DNA from: Mobula hypostoma
Taxonomy: Eukaryota
Direction: 5' to 3'
Assembly (NCBI RefSeq): GCF_963921235.1
Contig: NC_086099.1
Location: 151,342,001 to 151,406,000 of the forward strand
DNA: 64,000 nucleotides
Positions 1-11,623 of this stretch are shown piece after piece (position 1 is the first letter of the stretch; every line of letters starts with the position of its first letter). The position numbers were made by a program, and so were the translations under genes. A model generated the notes under the pieces. That model worked only from the letters and a program-made list of their open reading frames with translations, did no database searches and was not told the origin of the DNA.

Positions 1-1556
1 ATAGAGACAATAGATCTTACAAAAAACAGCAAGAAGGCATGGTCTCTCATACACAAACTTGGAGGCAATCCCAAGAAAACTGCCCAATATCCCAATGTGT
101 CTGCTAACCAAGTTGCACACCAATTGCTCCTAAATGGAAAAACCAGCAAGAAACAACCAAGAGCACAACTAGATAGGAAGAAGTTCAGCGATGACCCTGG
201 CTTCACTGGACCATTCACCATGGAAGAGCTGGAAATTGGTATATCTAGTCTATACTTACAATACAGTGAACCACAGATGTCTCCTCTGCAAGATCCTAGA
301 GATGATAAAAGATATTCACTTAACAGAGCTGTTAGAAAGCATGCTTCAGAATCGCTGGTTCTATGTTGATCTAGGTGGCAAGCGCAGCAGGAGCGTATTC
401 AGAAGAATGGTCTTCCTCAGGGAAGTGTGCTCGCACCACTGCTGAACAACATCTACATGAATGACCAACCTATAGATGATGTCGCACGCCGTTTTATATA
501 TGCTGATGACTTATGCATCACTGCCCAAAGCACTGATTTTAACACTGTGGAGAAAACGCTTTCTGAGGCCTTGGAGGGACTAACATCCTATTATAAAGAA
601 AACTACCTCCACGTAAACCCATCAAAGACGCAAGTTCGTGCATTCCACCTCAGGAACCGTGAAGCCAAACGACAGCTTAAAGTAACCTGGTGTGGAGCAA
701 CACTGAGGCATTGCGAGCACCCTATCTACTTAGGAGTCACCCTTGACAGATGCCTCACTTTCAAGAACCACATCAATAAGACAAAAGCAAAAGTGAGCGC
801 ACGAAACATCATCCTGAATAAGCTCACTAACACAAAGTGGGGAGCAGGCTCGAAAACATTGCGAACCAGTGCACTTGCTCTTTGCTACTCCACTGCCGAA
901 TATGCCTACCCTGCATGGGAAAGATCTACTCATGCTAAGAAGATGGATGCCATTCTGAATGCAAGCTGCCGACTTATCACAGGTTGTTTAAAACCAACAA
1001 ACACCAACAGCCTATATATCCTGGTGGGTATCGCTCCGCCTGATATAAAAAGGATGGTAGCTGGCAAGAAAGAACGACTCCATCAAACATCAGATGAGAG
1101 GCACCCTCTACATGGTCATACACCTACACCCAGCCGCCTGAAGTCAAGGAAGAGCTTCATGAACAGTGTTGTTCCATTACAATCCACCCCATCTGAAGCC
1201 CGCATCGCCTTGTGGAAAGACCAGCTCGCCAGTCTCAAACAACCCCCAACGATTGAAATTCCACCGGATGAAAGCCTTCCCCCAGGAGCTACTTGCAACT
1301 GGGCAACCTGGAAGTGCCTTAACAGACTTAGGACTGGTGTAGGTCGTTCAAAGGTGTCACTAAGCAAATGGGGATATACAACCAGCCCCACAACTTGTGA
1401 ATGTGGAACTGAGCCACAAACTATGCAACATCTCCTGCAATGCCCATCGCTAGAGGAGCCCTGTACTGTTGCAGATCTTGCCGAATTCAACAGCAAGCTG
1501 CAAAAATGTGTCCAGTTCTGGCTGGGCCATGTATAGACTGTCCGTGGACACGATAA
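1..1556 (+). mobile_element. Vingi/Ingi-clade non-LTR retrotransposon, 3' portion (RT plus C-terminal CCHC), internally deleted near 250
   Basis: RT motifs (PQGSV)LAP and YADD. Clade-typical WGA..LRTSALALCYSTAEY and RLITGCLKPT. C-terminal CECG..QTMQHLLQCP. No RNase H seen. ORF 427-1536 is open for 369 aa. Short 3' UTR ending gacacgataag. Confidence 0.8.
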
Positions 1557-2000
1557 GGAGTCAGGTTGTCAAAGGTTGTGGCGAGAAGGCAAGGGAATTG
1601 GGTTAAGAAGGATAACAAATCAGCCATGATGGAAAGGAAGAGCAGACCCAATGAGCTGAATAGCCTAATTCTGCTCCTATGTTTTATGATCTTATGAATG
1701 CAGGCCCTTTCGCTCAGCAGTCCATGCTGAACATGGTGTCCACCAATGGGTGTCATCCCAATTTCCTGCATGCGCCCATATGACTCCAAGCTCTGCCCTC
1801 CACATACCTATCCAGGTGCTACTAAAATGATATTCTAACTGCCTCAATTACTTGCTCTGGCAGCTCATTCCATATACTCACCACCCTCTCTGTGAAAATG
1901 CTGTCCTTCTAGTCCCTTTTAAATCTTTCCCTTCTCATTCTAAATCTGTGCCTCCTAGTTTTGGACTCCCCTACCTTAGGAAAAAGACTGTTACCATCCA
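1557..2000. mobile_element. CR1-type LINE 3' fragments (plus ~1557-1697, minus ~1697-2000)
   Basis: Tail cctaattctgctcctatgttttatg. Minus-strand peptide LFPKVGESKTRRHRF is typical of the CR1 ORF2 end. Confidence 0.75.
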
Positions 2001-2021
2001 ACTCAATTTTAGCTGAATAAG

Positions 2022-2180
2022 CAGTTGACATTTCTGGCCGAGACCCTTCATCAGGACTGTAAAGGAAAGGAGCTTCTGCTCTTCCTTTCCAGTCCTGATG
2101 AAGAATCTCGGCCTGAAACATTAACTATATTTTCTCCATAGATGCTGCCTGACTTGCTATGTTCCTCCAGTATTTTGTGG
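2022..2180. mobile_element. Penelope-tail fold-back unit with two decayed hammerhead motifs (minus 2022-2059, plus 2090-2126)
   Basis: Minus reads CAGTC-CTGATGA-AGGGTCTCGGCCA-GAAA-TGTC-AACTG. Plus reads CAGTC-CTGATGA-AGAATCTCGGCCT-GAAAC, followed by the gatgctgcctgac tail. Confidence 0.8.
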
Positions 2181-3144
2181 GTGTCGCTATGATTTTTGTC
2201 AAAAAAAAGCTGCTTGAGCAAGGGACCAGAATCAATTGCTTTTTTGCAGTTGAATCAGCACTTGCAAAATTCTTCAGCCATTCTCAGGCACAAGAAAATG
2301 CTGAGTTAATTAACTGCAAACCAGTACAAATGTACAATTGATTGTTTGGCTTACAAAGCACAGGCCTTGCCAAGCAAAGTCAACTAACAGCCCATTCATC
2401 TGCATTTTCAGCTAAGTCAAAGCAGTAACATTTTCTAAGTTTCAGAAGACTTCCTATTGGTTACTATGGCTGCCAGCAGTGCCAAAAATTTAAATTCACT
2501 TATTTTACAAAATAGTTATTGTTGGTGATGTACTGTATATCAAAAGTCATTCTCCTGGAAATTCTTTTGGGTAAGCCAACACTTTTGTGTGCTCTCTGAG
2601 GTACTTCATACTTTTGATTGCATGTGCAAAGTAGTCCCTTGGCACACAGAGTCCTCAAGCGACATTAAACACTGACATTGCTTTTCCAAACTTTATTCAC
2701 ATGGCTTGTGAATAGCACAGGTGAATGGTAATGGCTTCAGAAGGCTTCACAAGACAAGCATTGTGAGATAATGACAGATTACTGCAGGTACAAATTCACA
2801 GTTTCAACGAATCTGGTGATCAGATAGGTAAGCAATCAGAAATTTGGTAGACATAATTCAAGGGAATAGTAGGTAGATCTCACAGACGAGATACATATAG
2901 AAATAGAATGAGGGAAAAAGGAGATAAAGAACAATCCAATTACTTCTATGATGAAAGTTCTTCCTGTATTTTCTTTGTCTTTAACTATCCCATTGTGCTT
3001 ATCCACTGTATAGATTGAAGAGGTTATGTTGTTCCATAATTTTAAACAACTTTATTAATCCTCCTTTGCCAGGAGCTTCTGCTCATTTCTTTGGCCCAAA
3101 TCCTAAGTAAAACTAGTACAAAAGACAATGTAATTTTACATTAA

Positions 3145-3445
3145 TTGCCTCTTTCCCTTTCTGCCATGGTCCACTCTCCTCTCCTATCAGAGTCCTTCTT
3201 CTTCAACCCCTTGTCTTTTCCACTTAGTTTCTCATTTCACCTCCCTCCCCCACCTTATCCCTCACATGGCTTTACCTGTCACCTTCTAGCTTGTACTCCT
3301 CCCCCTTCACCCACCTTCTTATTCTGGTCTCATCCCCCTTTCAGTCTAGGTCTGATGAAGGGTCTTGTCTTGAAGCATTGACTCTATTCCTTTCCATATA
3401 TGCTGCCTGACCTGCTGAACTCCCCTAGCATTTTGTGTGTGCTAC
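3145..3445 (+). mobile_element. Penelope-like element 3' UTR/tail fragment
   Basis: Pyrimidine-rich tract, then ctgatgaagggtct, then tgctgcctgacctgctgaactcc..gcattttgtgtgt, matching the tail of the GIY-YIG copy at 60.3 kb. Confidence 0.8.
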
Positions 3446-4129
3446 ATTCATTGCAAACCAAATTGATGTGAACTTTTGCACTGCTTTAACAATACTATAA
3501 AAAAGACTAACTTGTACCCATAAAACAAACCATGACACCAGATTGAATTAATGATACATTTTGAGATTCCATTAATTACACACATTTACATGTCTTCAAG
3601 AAAGCCTCAATTTTTGTTCTTAGTTGCAAGAAAATACGAAGGTATTCTTACTTTACTAATTTTTTTTCAGATTTCTTTTAGTTTTTTTTAACTATCAGAT
3701 TATTCATATAGACATAAAACAGAAAATATTATACACCTATACTATCTTCTTGCCTAGTTATTTATCCGGTCTATTTCACTTTACGAAACATTTTGACAAT
3801 GCGTTCACTTTTGTTGGTGACATTGATGATTTCCATATTTTTCTTTGAGTCCCCATATTGGTTATACTTTGACTTTTCCTACCGATGGTCACTTTTATAC
3901 TGAGAACAAAGCTCTCACAACCACACAGAAAAAGCCACATCTTCACTGACACCTGAAATTCCCTTTCCCTTGATCATCTAAAGTGTCAGCATTCAGACTG
4001 ACACTGTGAAACTCAAATCCATGCAATGGGAGCAGATGGAAGCCGATACGAACAGTGGAAGGAGCATATCAACTTCACAAACTATTCATCTGTCTACCCT
4101 GCTGGGCACCTCATGTCCATCTGCGGTGG

Positions 4130-4445
4130 TGTTGTTGCATGACTGAATTCACCAGAGAAAATTACTGGTAGATACAAAGCAGCTTCTTTATTGGACACAA
4201 CAAGGTACAGCAGGCATCGTATGGAGACGCTTTTGGTCGAAAGGTCTCGCTGACCCTTCACCTCCCCATCTCAAATATCCAAATGAATTTTATTCAGCAT
4301 TGTCAGGACTGGGATTCACAGCTTTTAGGAACACATTGTTCAGAGCTGCACTCCAAATTAAATACACAATACATTTTCAGATGTGAAGACCAGTAGCCAG
4401 TCAATTGCTAAATGTATATGTCCTAAACCCAAAAATCACTCAACA
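4130..4445. mobile_element. possible solo LTR
   Basis: TGTTG...CAACA termini; flanks gtgg/gtag (3/4 match); minus-strand AATAAA near 4187. Confidence 0.45.
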
Positions 4446-4704
4446 GTAGAATCTAGGGTTCCTCAAGATCCAGGGAATCAGAGTAGAAGCAAATCATCCT
4501 TGATCCTGAGGGTCTGCCTAAGGAGAAGACAATGGCAATAATATATCAAAGTAATCTTGTTCTTCATTCTCCATTTGTGCAATAAGTGACAAGCAGTAAT
4601 ACTATTGGTGGAAATTAGTATGACCAGAATCTAACATAATGAGAGATTTTTATCTATTACTTAAATAGAAATCAACCTTTAGTCAAGCCATTGAAAAAGG
4701 TTAC

Positions 4705-4796
4705 TCACACAAAATGCTGGAAGAACTCAGCAGGCCAGGCGGCATCTATGGAAAAGAGTACAGTCAATGTTTCAGTCTGAGATCCTTCATCAGGAT
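4705..4796 (-). mobile_element. Penelope tail with decayed hammerhead motif
   Basis: Reverse complement reads CTGATGA-AGGATCTCAGACT-GAAAC-ATTGACTG followed by the conserved tail. Confidence 0.8.
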
Positions 4797-5027
4797 CAAG
4801 CAGTTTCTGAGATACTCAAATCACCCTGTCTGGCACCTACGATCATTCCATGGTCAAAGTCACTTAAATCACATTTCTTCCCTATTCTGATGTTTGGTCC
4901 AACAACAACTAAACCTATCAATTATGTTTGCATGTTTTATGAGTTGCTGCCACATCACTGGCTGATTAGATATTTGTATTAACAAGCAGGTGTACAGGTA
5001 GACCTAACAGAGCAGCCACTGAATGTA
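4797..5027 (-). mobile_element. Tc1-family non-autonomous element fragment
   Basis: Same sequence as 16303-16830 and 36961-37493, which translates to [20 protein letters not shown] (Tc1 transposase N-terminus). TIR-like end gccactgaatgta. Confidence 0.75.
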
Positions 5028-8000
5028 AATAACATGGGGTTACGTACATTACTATATCAATGGAAAGTATTTTGCTTATAGAAAAGGAAATAATAGATGC
5101 ACATGGCACTTTCTTCTTAATAGTACATTCATTAAATTCTAAAGAAAAAAACATGACTGAACATAAGTTTTAGTGAATCGCAATACAAGGTGGTAAAAAG
5201 GTAGGATTAGAATTGTGTTACTGGTGACAGCAAAGGAAATATAAAAACAGTGTCACAGAATGTAATAAAAAGCATATGGGATAATGTTACTAAGTTTAAA
5301 TTCTGATAACGTAATATGATTCACAATGGGAACAATTTCTATGCGCAATAGTTTATGGAACAAATTCAAGAATAAATTCTTAAACTGCAAATGAAAAAAA
5401 AAATCGCAAATTAAAAGCCAATATTGGATTTGCACTTACCTATTGGAAGATTGATAGTTAAAGAATTGTATTTGAGGTAAAGCGATCATGAGTTACCAAT
5501 TTTTGAATGGAGATGTGAAAAAAACTGTAAAAATTAGTTCAAAATTAATTTCCAAAATGACAGACACATAAATATATTATTAGGAAGAAACATTTATAAT
5601 GGATAAAAATTGACTAAAAGTCATGGTGGTATTAGGGAGAAACTTACTGGTTAGTTCCCTTAGGGCAGGAGCACATGATCATAATTTCCAACATAGAAGG
5701 TTCCACATTAAATTATTTGGTCCATTTCCCATACATTCACTTCAGCTAATGAGTATTGCTGTAACTTTTATTTCGAATTTACAATATTTGTTGTACTTCC
5801 ATTGATATTATCAATGATCCTGCTCCTCCTATTTATAGATCTTTCAGAACGATTTTCTTGTTTATTTTTACTTACCCCTCTCCCATTGCTTTCTTGCATC
5901 TTTTAAAGAGGTACACAGCATGGAAACTGACCTTTCAACTCCACCGAAACACGTTAACCAAGGTGCATTCCTGAGCAAGTCCCACTTGCGGCATTTGGCC
6001 CATATCACATCAAAACTTCCTTTCTCTGAGCCTGTTTAAATGTGGATTAATACTATAATTGCACTGTCCTCTATTACTTCCTCTGGCAACTCATTTTCTG
6101 TGTGAAAAATTTGCTCAGCAGTCCCCTTTAAATATTTCCCCACACCTTAAAATTATGCCATCTATTTTTAGCCTCACTTACCTCAAAAAAGATTGTGACA
6201 ATCCTTCTCACCTGTGCCCCTTATCATTTTATAAGGTCACCCCTTAATCTCCCTCACTTCAGGAAGAGCCTTTCCTTGTAACTGAAGCTCTCCAATCTTG
6301 GCAACATCCATGTGTGTCTTTTCTGCATCTTGTCTGGCTTATTCACATCCTTCCTATAGCATAGTGACTAGAACTGCACACAAAATTTCAGGTGCCAGCA
6401 TCCTGCACAGCTATAACATGACATTCCAGCTGTTATATTTACTTGATGCCCTGTCTGATGAAGAAAACTATGACATACACTTTGTTTATCACTCTATCTG
6501 TCGCCATTTAATCTTCCTCAACTTCCACCTTGTTCTCTGTTCCCCCTTTTCTGCATATTAAAATTAGTTTTAACCTCACAATTCCAATGACATTTCTGTA
6601 ACATTAACATTGTTTCTCTTCTGACAAATGCTGTCTAATCTGCTAAATATTTCTCACATTTTCTGGTTTTATTTCATTGCAATCCTATCTCTGGAGCAGC
6701 TGCATTCATCTGTAGAAATCAGGAATTATTACACATTTCTATTTGTACAACTGGCCTTGCGTTTAAGTCTGTTGTTTTTCTTTTCCAAATTGCATGGTAC
6801 ATCATAGGTAGGGAGTGAAGGTAGGGGGCCGGGGGTCATAAGGAATGTGTTTCTTTTTATCCTGAGAGTAACTTGGATCTGGAATTCATTGTCTGACTGG
6901 GAAGTAAAAACAAAATCTATCATATTTAAATAGTCATTGGCTCATCCCTCCCTGAGAATTTTTCCTCTATATTGGGATATACAGTATCCATGCTGTGTTA
7001 AAAATTATTTCTTTAAGCACCTGCTACTGTTTATGTATTATCTTCCCTACGATCTCTCTACCTAGTACACTTTTCAGGCCAATGTAATTCCCTCCAAGTT
7101 AAACATAATTATTTAGGACTTAAGTTTCACTCTCTATGATTATTACTTCTTAGGGAACACCTTACTCTAAAATAACTTACTAAATTTTCCTCAGTGATCA
7201 TCAGATCCAAGATATCCTGTTCCCTGAATTCCTTAACATGCCACACTTACAAGATACAATGTTCTTGCTGAGGTGCACAAAAATTATAGGAAGGATGAAT
7301 GATCTGATTGTTCAAGAAACTGTTTTGCTTATGGATGCAGGTAGTGATAGGGGGTATAGATATTGCTAGGGAGAACTTAGTCAAATGGTCAGATGCAGCC
7401 TTGACCAAGACACTAAGCTGCATTGACTGCAGTGCCATGGTTAAGGACATCTCCTTCCGTACACTTCACAGTGCAAGAGAGGAATCCCATTGTTGAAAAC
7501 TACACTAGAGAAAGTCATAGGCAGAACTAGGAAAAACACTCTAGACTCTGAAGAAATTTAAAGAGTCCAAAATTAAATGGATAGTCAAATGGAAGGTATT
7601 CCATGCTGTTCCTGACTTGTGCCTTGTTGACTTTAGAAAGGCTTTGGCTTCCATAAGCGAATTCAACTTTGGTAGGGTTCCAGGTTCCTGAAATAAAAGC
7701 AGAAAATGCTGGAAAACCCCAAGTCAGGCGGTATTTTAAGCGGGGGGAGTTGATATTTTAAGTGTTTATTATTATTTGGATGAAGTTTGTGATGAAGTCT
7801 ACAGTGGAACCCTAACTGGGCACTGATAAGCACATTATTGGTTAGTACCACTACATAGTGAATGATTTTAAAGTAGGTTCTTTGGGAGTCAGATTGGGTT
7901 TGTCCTGCTTTTGGTGAACAGAAACTCATTCCTATAGGCAGATGCCAGTGCTGTTGCTGCACTGGAGGCATGACGAGTTCCTTTTTTTTGCGCGATACTT

Positions 8001-8146
8001 TTAGATGCAGTTTCAGAATAGGGAACTGGGGCTGGCCACTGGGATAATTCATTCCTCCTCACCACCCCCCCCCCCCACAGAGGATTTCAGATTTTAAAAT
8101 TTTTGACCTTGAGGAGATGTGGGTGATCGCACAAAATTTAGAGGAT

Positions 8147-8735
8147 GTAAGACCATAAGACAAAGGAGCAGAAGTCGGCCATTCGACCCATTGAGTCTGC
8201 TCCGCCATTTTATCATGAGCTGATCCATTCTCCCATTTAGTCCCACTCCCCCGCCTTCTCGCCATAACCTTTGATGCCCTGGCTACTCAGATACCCATCA
8301 ATCTCTGCCTTAAATAAACCCAATGACCTGGCCTCCACTGCTGCCCGTGGCAACAAATTCTATAGGTTCACCACCCGCTGACTAAAAAAATTTCTTCACA
8401 TTTCTGTTCTGAATGGGCGCCCTTCAATCCTCAAGTCATGCCCTCTCGTACTAGACTCCCCCATCATGGGAAACAACTTTGCCACATCCACTCTGTCCAT
8501 GCCTTTCAACATTCGAAATGTTTCTATAAGGTCTCCCCTCATTCTTCTAAACTCCAAGGAATACAGTCCAAGAGCGGACAAACGTTCCTCATATGTTAAC
8601 CCTCTCATTCCTGGAATCATTCTAGTGAATCTGCTCTGTACCCTCTCCAACATCAGCACATCCTTTCTTAAATAAGGAGACCAAGACTGCCCACAGTACC
8701 CCAAGTGAGGTCTCACCAGCGCCTCATAGAGCACC
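8147..8735 (-). mobile_element. CR1-type LINE, 5'-truncated
   Basis: ORF LYEALVRPHLGYCGQSWSPYLRKD..LERVQSRFTRMIPG..RRMRGDLIETF; 3' tail ending tcttatggtctta. Confidence 0.92.
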
Positions 8736-9196
8736 TTGTAGTGACTGTGCAGAAAAGTGTAGTTGAATCAGCCATTATGCAAGTATATATGCCAAAGTAC
8801 ATTAGATCTACTCAGAATCATTTTTTTTACATTCCAAATACTGACGTTACTGCATACCTATGCAATATTTTACATTATAACATGAGTTATCATATGCAGC
8901 ATCAAGCATTTCAATTAATCTGGTTTATTAAAAGAAAATACAAATCAAATTTCATCTTGCAAAAAATAATCTGATGCTTTCACCTCAACATGAATAATTT
9001 TCAGCTTGAAAGGAACAGCACTATCTATTCTACAGAAAATGAATAGTATGTCTAAAACTGAATGTCAACATGAATATGGGCCTCCTACTTATTCTACAAA
9101 TGCTTATAGATATTTGCTTTCCCTACAAAAAAAAAGTGTGAAACTTGGCCCACATATTTTTAAGATGTGGTTGGAACAATCTGGCTCACAAATAAA

Positions 9197-9495
9197 GCAT
9201 CCATTAGCCTTGCGAGACCATGGATCTGTGCCTGGAAAGTCTTCACTCTCCAGGGCGCAGGTCTGGGCACGGTTGTATGGAAGACCAGCAGTTCCCCATG
9301 CTGCAAGTCTCCCCTCTCCACGACACCAATGTTGTCCAAGGGAAGGGCACTAGAGCTTGGCACCAGTGTCGTCGCAGAGCACTGTGTGGTTAAGTGCCTT
9401 GCTCAAGGACACAACACAGTGCCTCGGCTGGGGCTCAAACTCACGACCTTCAGGTCGTTAGTCCAATGCCTTAACCACTTGGTCACGTGCCCACA
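9197..9495 (-). mobile_element. tRNA-derived SINE
   Basis: Minus-strand head ggcacgtgaccaagtggttaaggc...gagtttgagcccc (A/B-box-like), then gtccttgagcaaggcacttaacc and a LINE-like tail. Confidence 0.75.
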
Positions 9496-9644
9496 AATGA
9501 GTTTTGCTTAAAGCAGCCACATGAACCTGAATGAATGAGAATCTTATTTTTCTTCGTCCAGTAGGGTCAACGTGAACTATAAACTTCAGATTGGAAAGGG
9601 CTCAGGTTGCTTAAAGTGAAGCTTAATCACCTCAGCCTGCTAAC

Positions 9645-10301
9645 TGAAACCCCCTGGTTTCCTCGGCTGTGTAAGTCTAAGGAAGACACCCCTGGTCCTG
9701 CCAAACTCGTGAGGTTGAGACGGCTCTCCCACCCTAAACCTCAGTTTGTGTGGATGCTCTGTAATTTGCTACCCATTACAAATCAGTGCCACACAATAAC
9801 AGACAGTATACTGCAAACGATTAAAGGAATTACATTTATGGATCTTAACTGTAGTAACTCTTTAGTTAAGAGAAAAAAAAGGAAAGGGCCCATTTCAGTT
9901 AAACAGTCAAATGTGCACAAGTTGGAGCTCATCTGGAACTTCTCTGTCACTCACTTGCTGGGCCCTTGTTCTGCGTGACAGCACGCACCACCTTCCGAAC
10001 ATTGCTCACAGTCCATCTCAAACAAACAGGTCTCCCACTGGGTCGTATCCTACGACCGGTTCTCCCCAGCGCCTTCTCTGTTCATCGCCTGCCCAACAAA
10101 AGGCCCAAGCCCAACCTTTGTGCCCTTCACCAGAAAAACCTCCCCTCAGTTCTACCATTCTAATTGGTTAGCACACATTCTTCATCATCCCTTATCTTCA
10201 ACAATAACCCAAACAGACTGAAAGCAGAACAGACTGCTCTTACAGAACTGCTAATGAAATACATAGAGCATAACAGTAAAGATGTGAACCAGGGCATTAC
10301 A
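9645..10301. mobile_element. solo LTR (probably Gypsy-type)
   Basis: TG...CA termini with imperfect inverted ends (tgaaaccccctggtt / aaccagggcattaca). Exact 4-bp TSD TAAC at 9641-9644 and 10302-10305. Confidence 0.8.
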
Positions 10302-10629
10302 TAACCATTCTGGTGTGTGTACAAGGACAGAGAGTATTATCAGACTACATAAATGTGGAAAGATACCAATTCCAAATCAAACCTTATATCCAACAAGTAC
10401 TGAATAACTGCTAAGTAGTGATGCAAAGTTAGAAACATTACAACTTCACCAACATCTGATAACTAAGTGAAAATCAAAGGTTAATTTTTCATCATATGTA
10501 TAGGCCACATGTCAGAATATTGTACAAAACTGGAAAAAAAATAGCCAACATTTCTAAACATTGACTTCAACACTGGAATAAAATGACTATAATTAATCCT
10601 TGAAAAATTTAGACATATTAATCATAAAG

Positions 10630-10780
10630 AGAAAACACTGGAAATGTTCAGCATGTCAGGTAGCATCTGAAGACAGAAAAGCAATACTTCCAATCCAAAG
10701 GAGAAAGACTGGAATTGTTAACTGTTTCTACATCTAGTGATGCTGCTTGACCTGCTGAACAGTTCTAACACTTTATTTTT
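10630..10780. mobile_element. old Penelope-tail fold-back remnant
   Basis: tgttcagcatgtcaggtagcatc is inverted relative to gatgctgcttgacctgctgaaca. Confidence 0.6.
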
Positions 10781-11126
10781 GTAAAAAGTTCATACTGTTG
10801 CAAAGATTTCAGATTTCTCAACATTTTTTTCAAACTACTTCCTACCTTTGAAATTTCCTCATGTCCCAAAAGCCCAGTTATATTTATGTTCCCTCAATTC
10901 TGCCTCTAGTTCATTACACATAACGATACCTTCAGCTGCCATGTTTTTTCTGGAAATCCCTTTAGCTCTTTCAACTTTCCCATCCTTAATGTTACAGGTT
11001 TAAAACAATTTTGTTTATCTGCCTTAAAAACTCCTAATGTGATTTGGTACCAAATTTGTTTAAAAATACTTCTATAAAGCATTAAAAAGACAAAAAGGCA
11101 ATTCTATAGTCGACTGGCAACATTCA

Positions 11127-11132
11127 TTTATT
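11127..11132 (-). promoter_or_regulatory. candidate polyadenylation signal of ATPSCKMT
   Basis: AATAAA on the minus strand about 310 nt after the stop codon. An ATTAAA at 11371-11376 is an alternative. Confidence 0.4.
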
Positions 11133-11443
11133 TCGCATCCCTTTTCCTGAATTCAGGAAAAAGGATGCCAAGAAGGTGGACATTTTTTTTCCACAACTAT
11201 TTCTTGATGGGCCTGAAAGCAAGGCTGTAACCCCAAACTGCATTTATATAGTATCTTTTACATCCTAGGGATCGCAAAATTCGGATACTTGGAGAACACT
11301 ATAATTACATTTGATCTTACACAACTCCATACTTTCAGTTAATAAAGTTACATTAAAAGTATTTCAATTATTTAATTCTCAGTCACTTTTTAGCCACACC
11401 ACAGCAATATAAAGATTGTACAACTGTTGCACTTTTTCTTGTC

Positions 11444-11623
11444 TTAATGCTGATTTCCTTCTTTTGCAGTGGTCTTAAATGATTTTGCATTATACAACCA
11501 AGCTGCATCGATTCCCTTTCCAGATTCATGTTCAGCAATCCAGCTGGGAAATGGAAAACGACATGCTACAACTCTGGCATCATTCTTCAACTCCTTCTGA
11601 AGTTTTTTCTCCAAGGACTCCAT
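11444..11623 (-). CDS. ATPSCKMT: ATPSCKMT last coding exon
   Basis: ttccag acceptor; [28 protein letters not shown]...GNQH*. Confidence 0.95.
   Translation of the reverse strand: MESLEKKLQKELKNDARVVACRFPFPSWIAEHESGKGIDAAWLYNAKSFKTTAKEGNQH

Noticed and set aside
9415-9495. tRNA gene
   Set aside because: The A/B-box-like head runs into a SINE body and tail, and no complete cloverleaf is evident.
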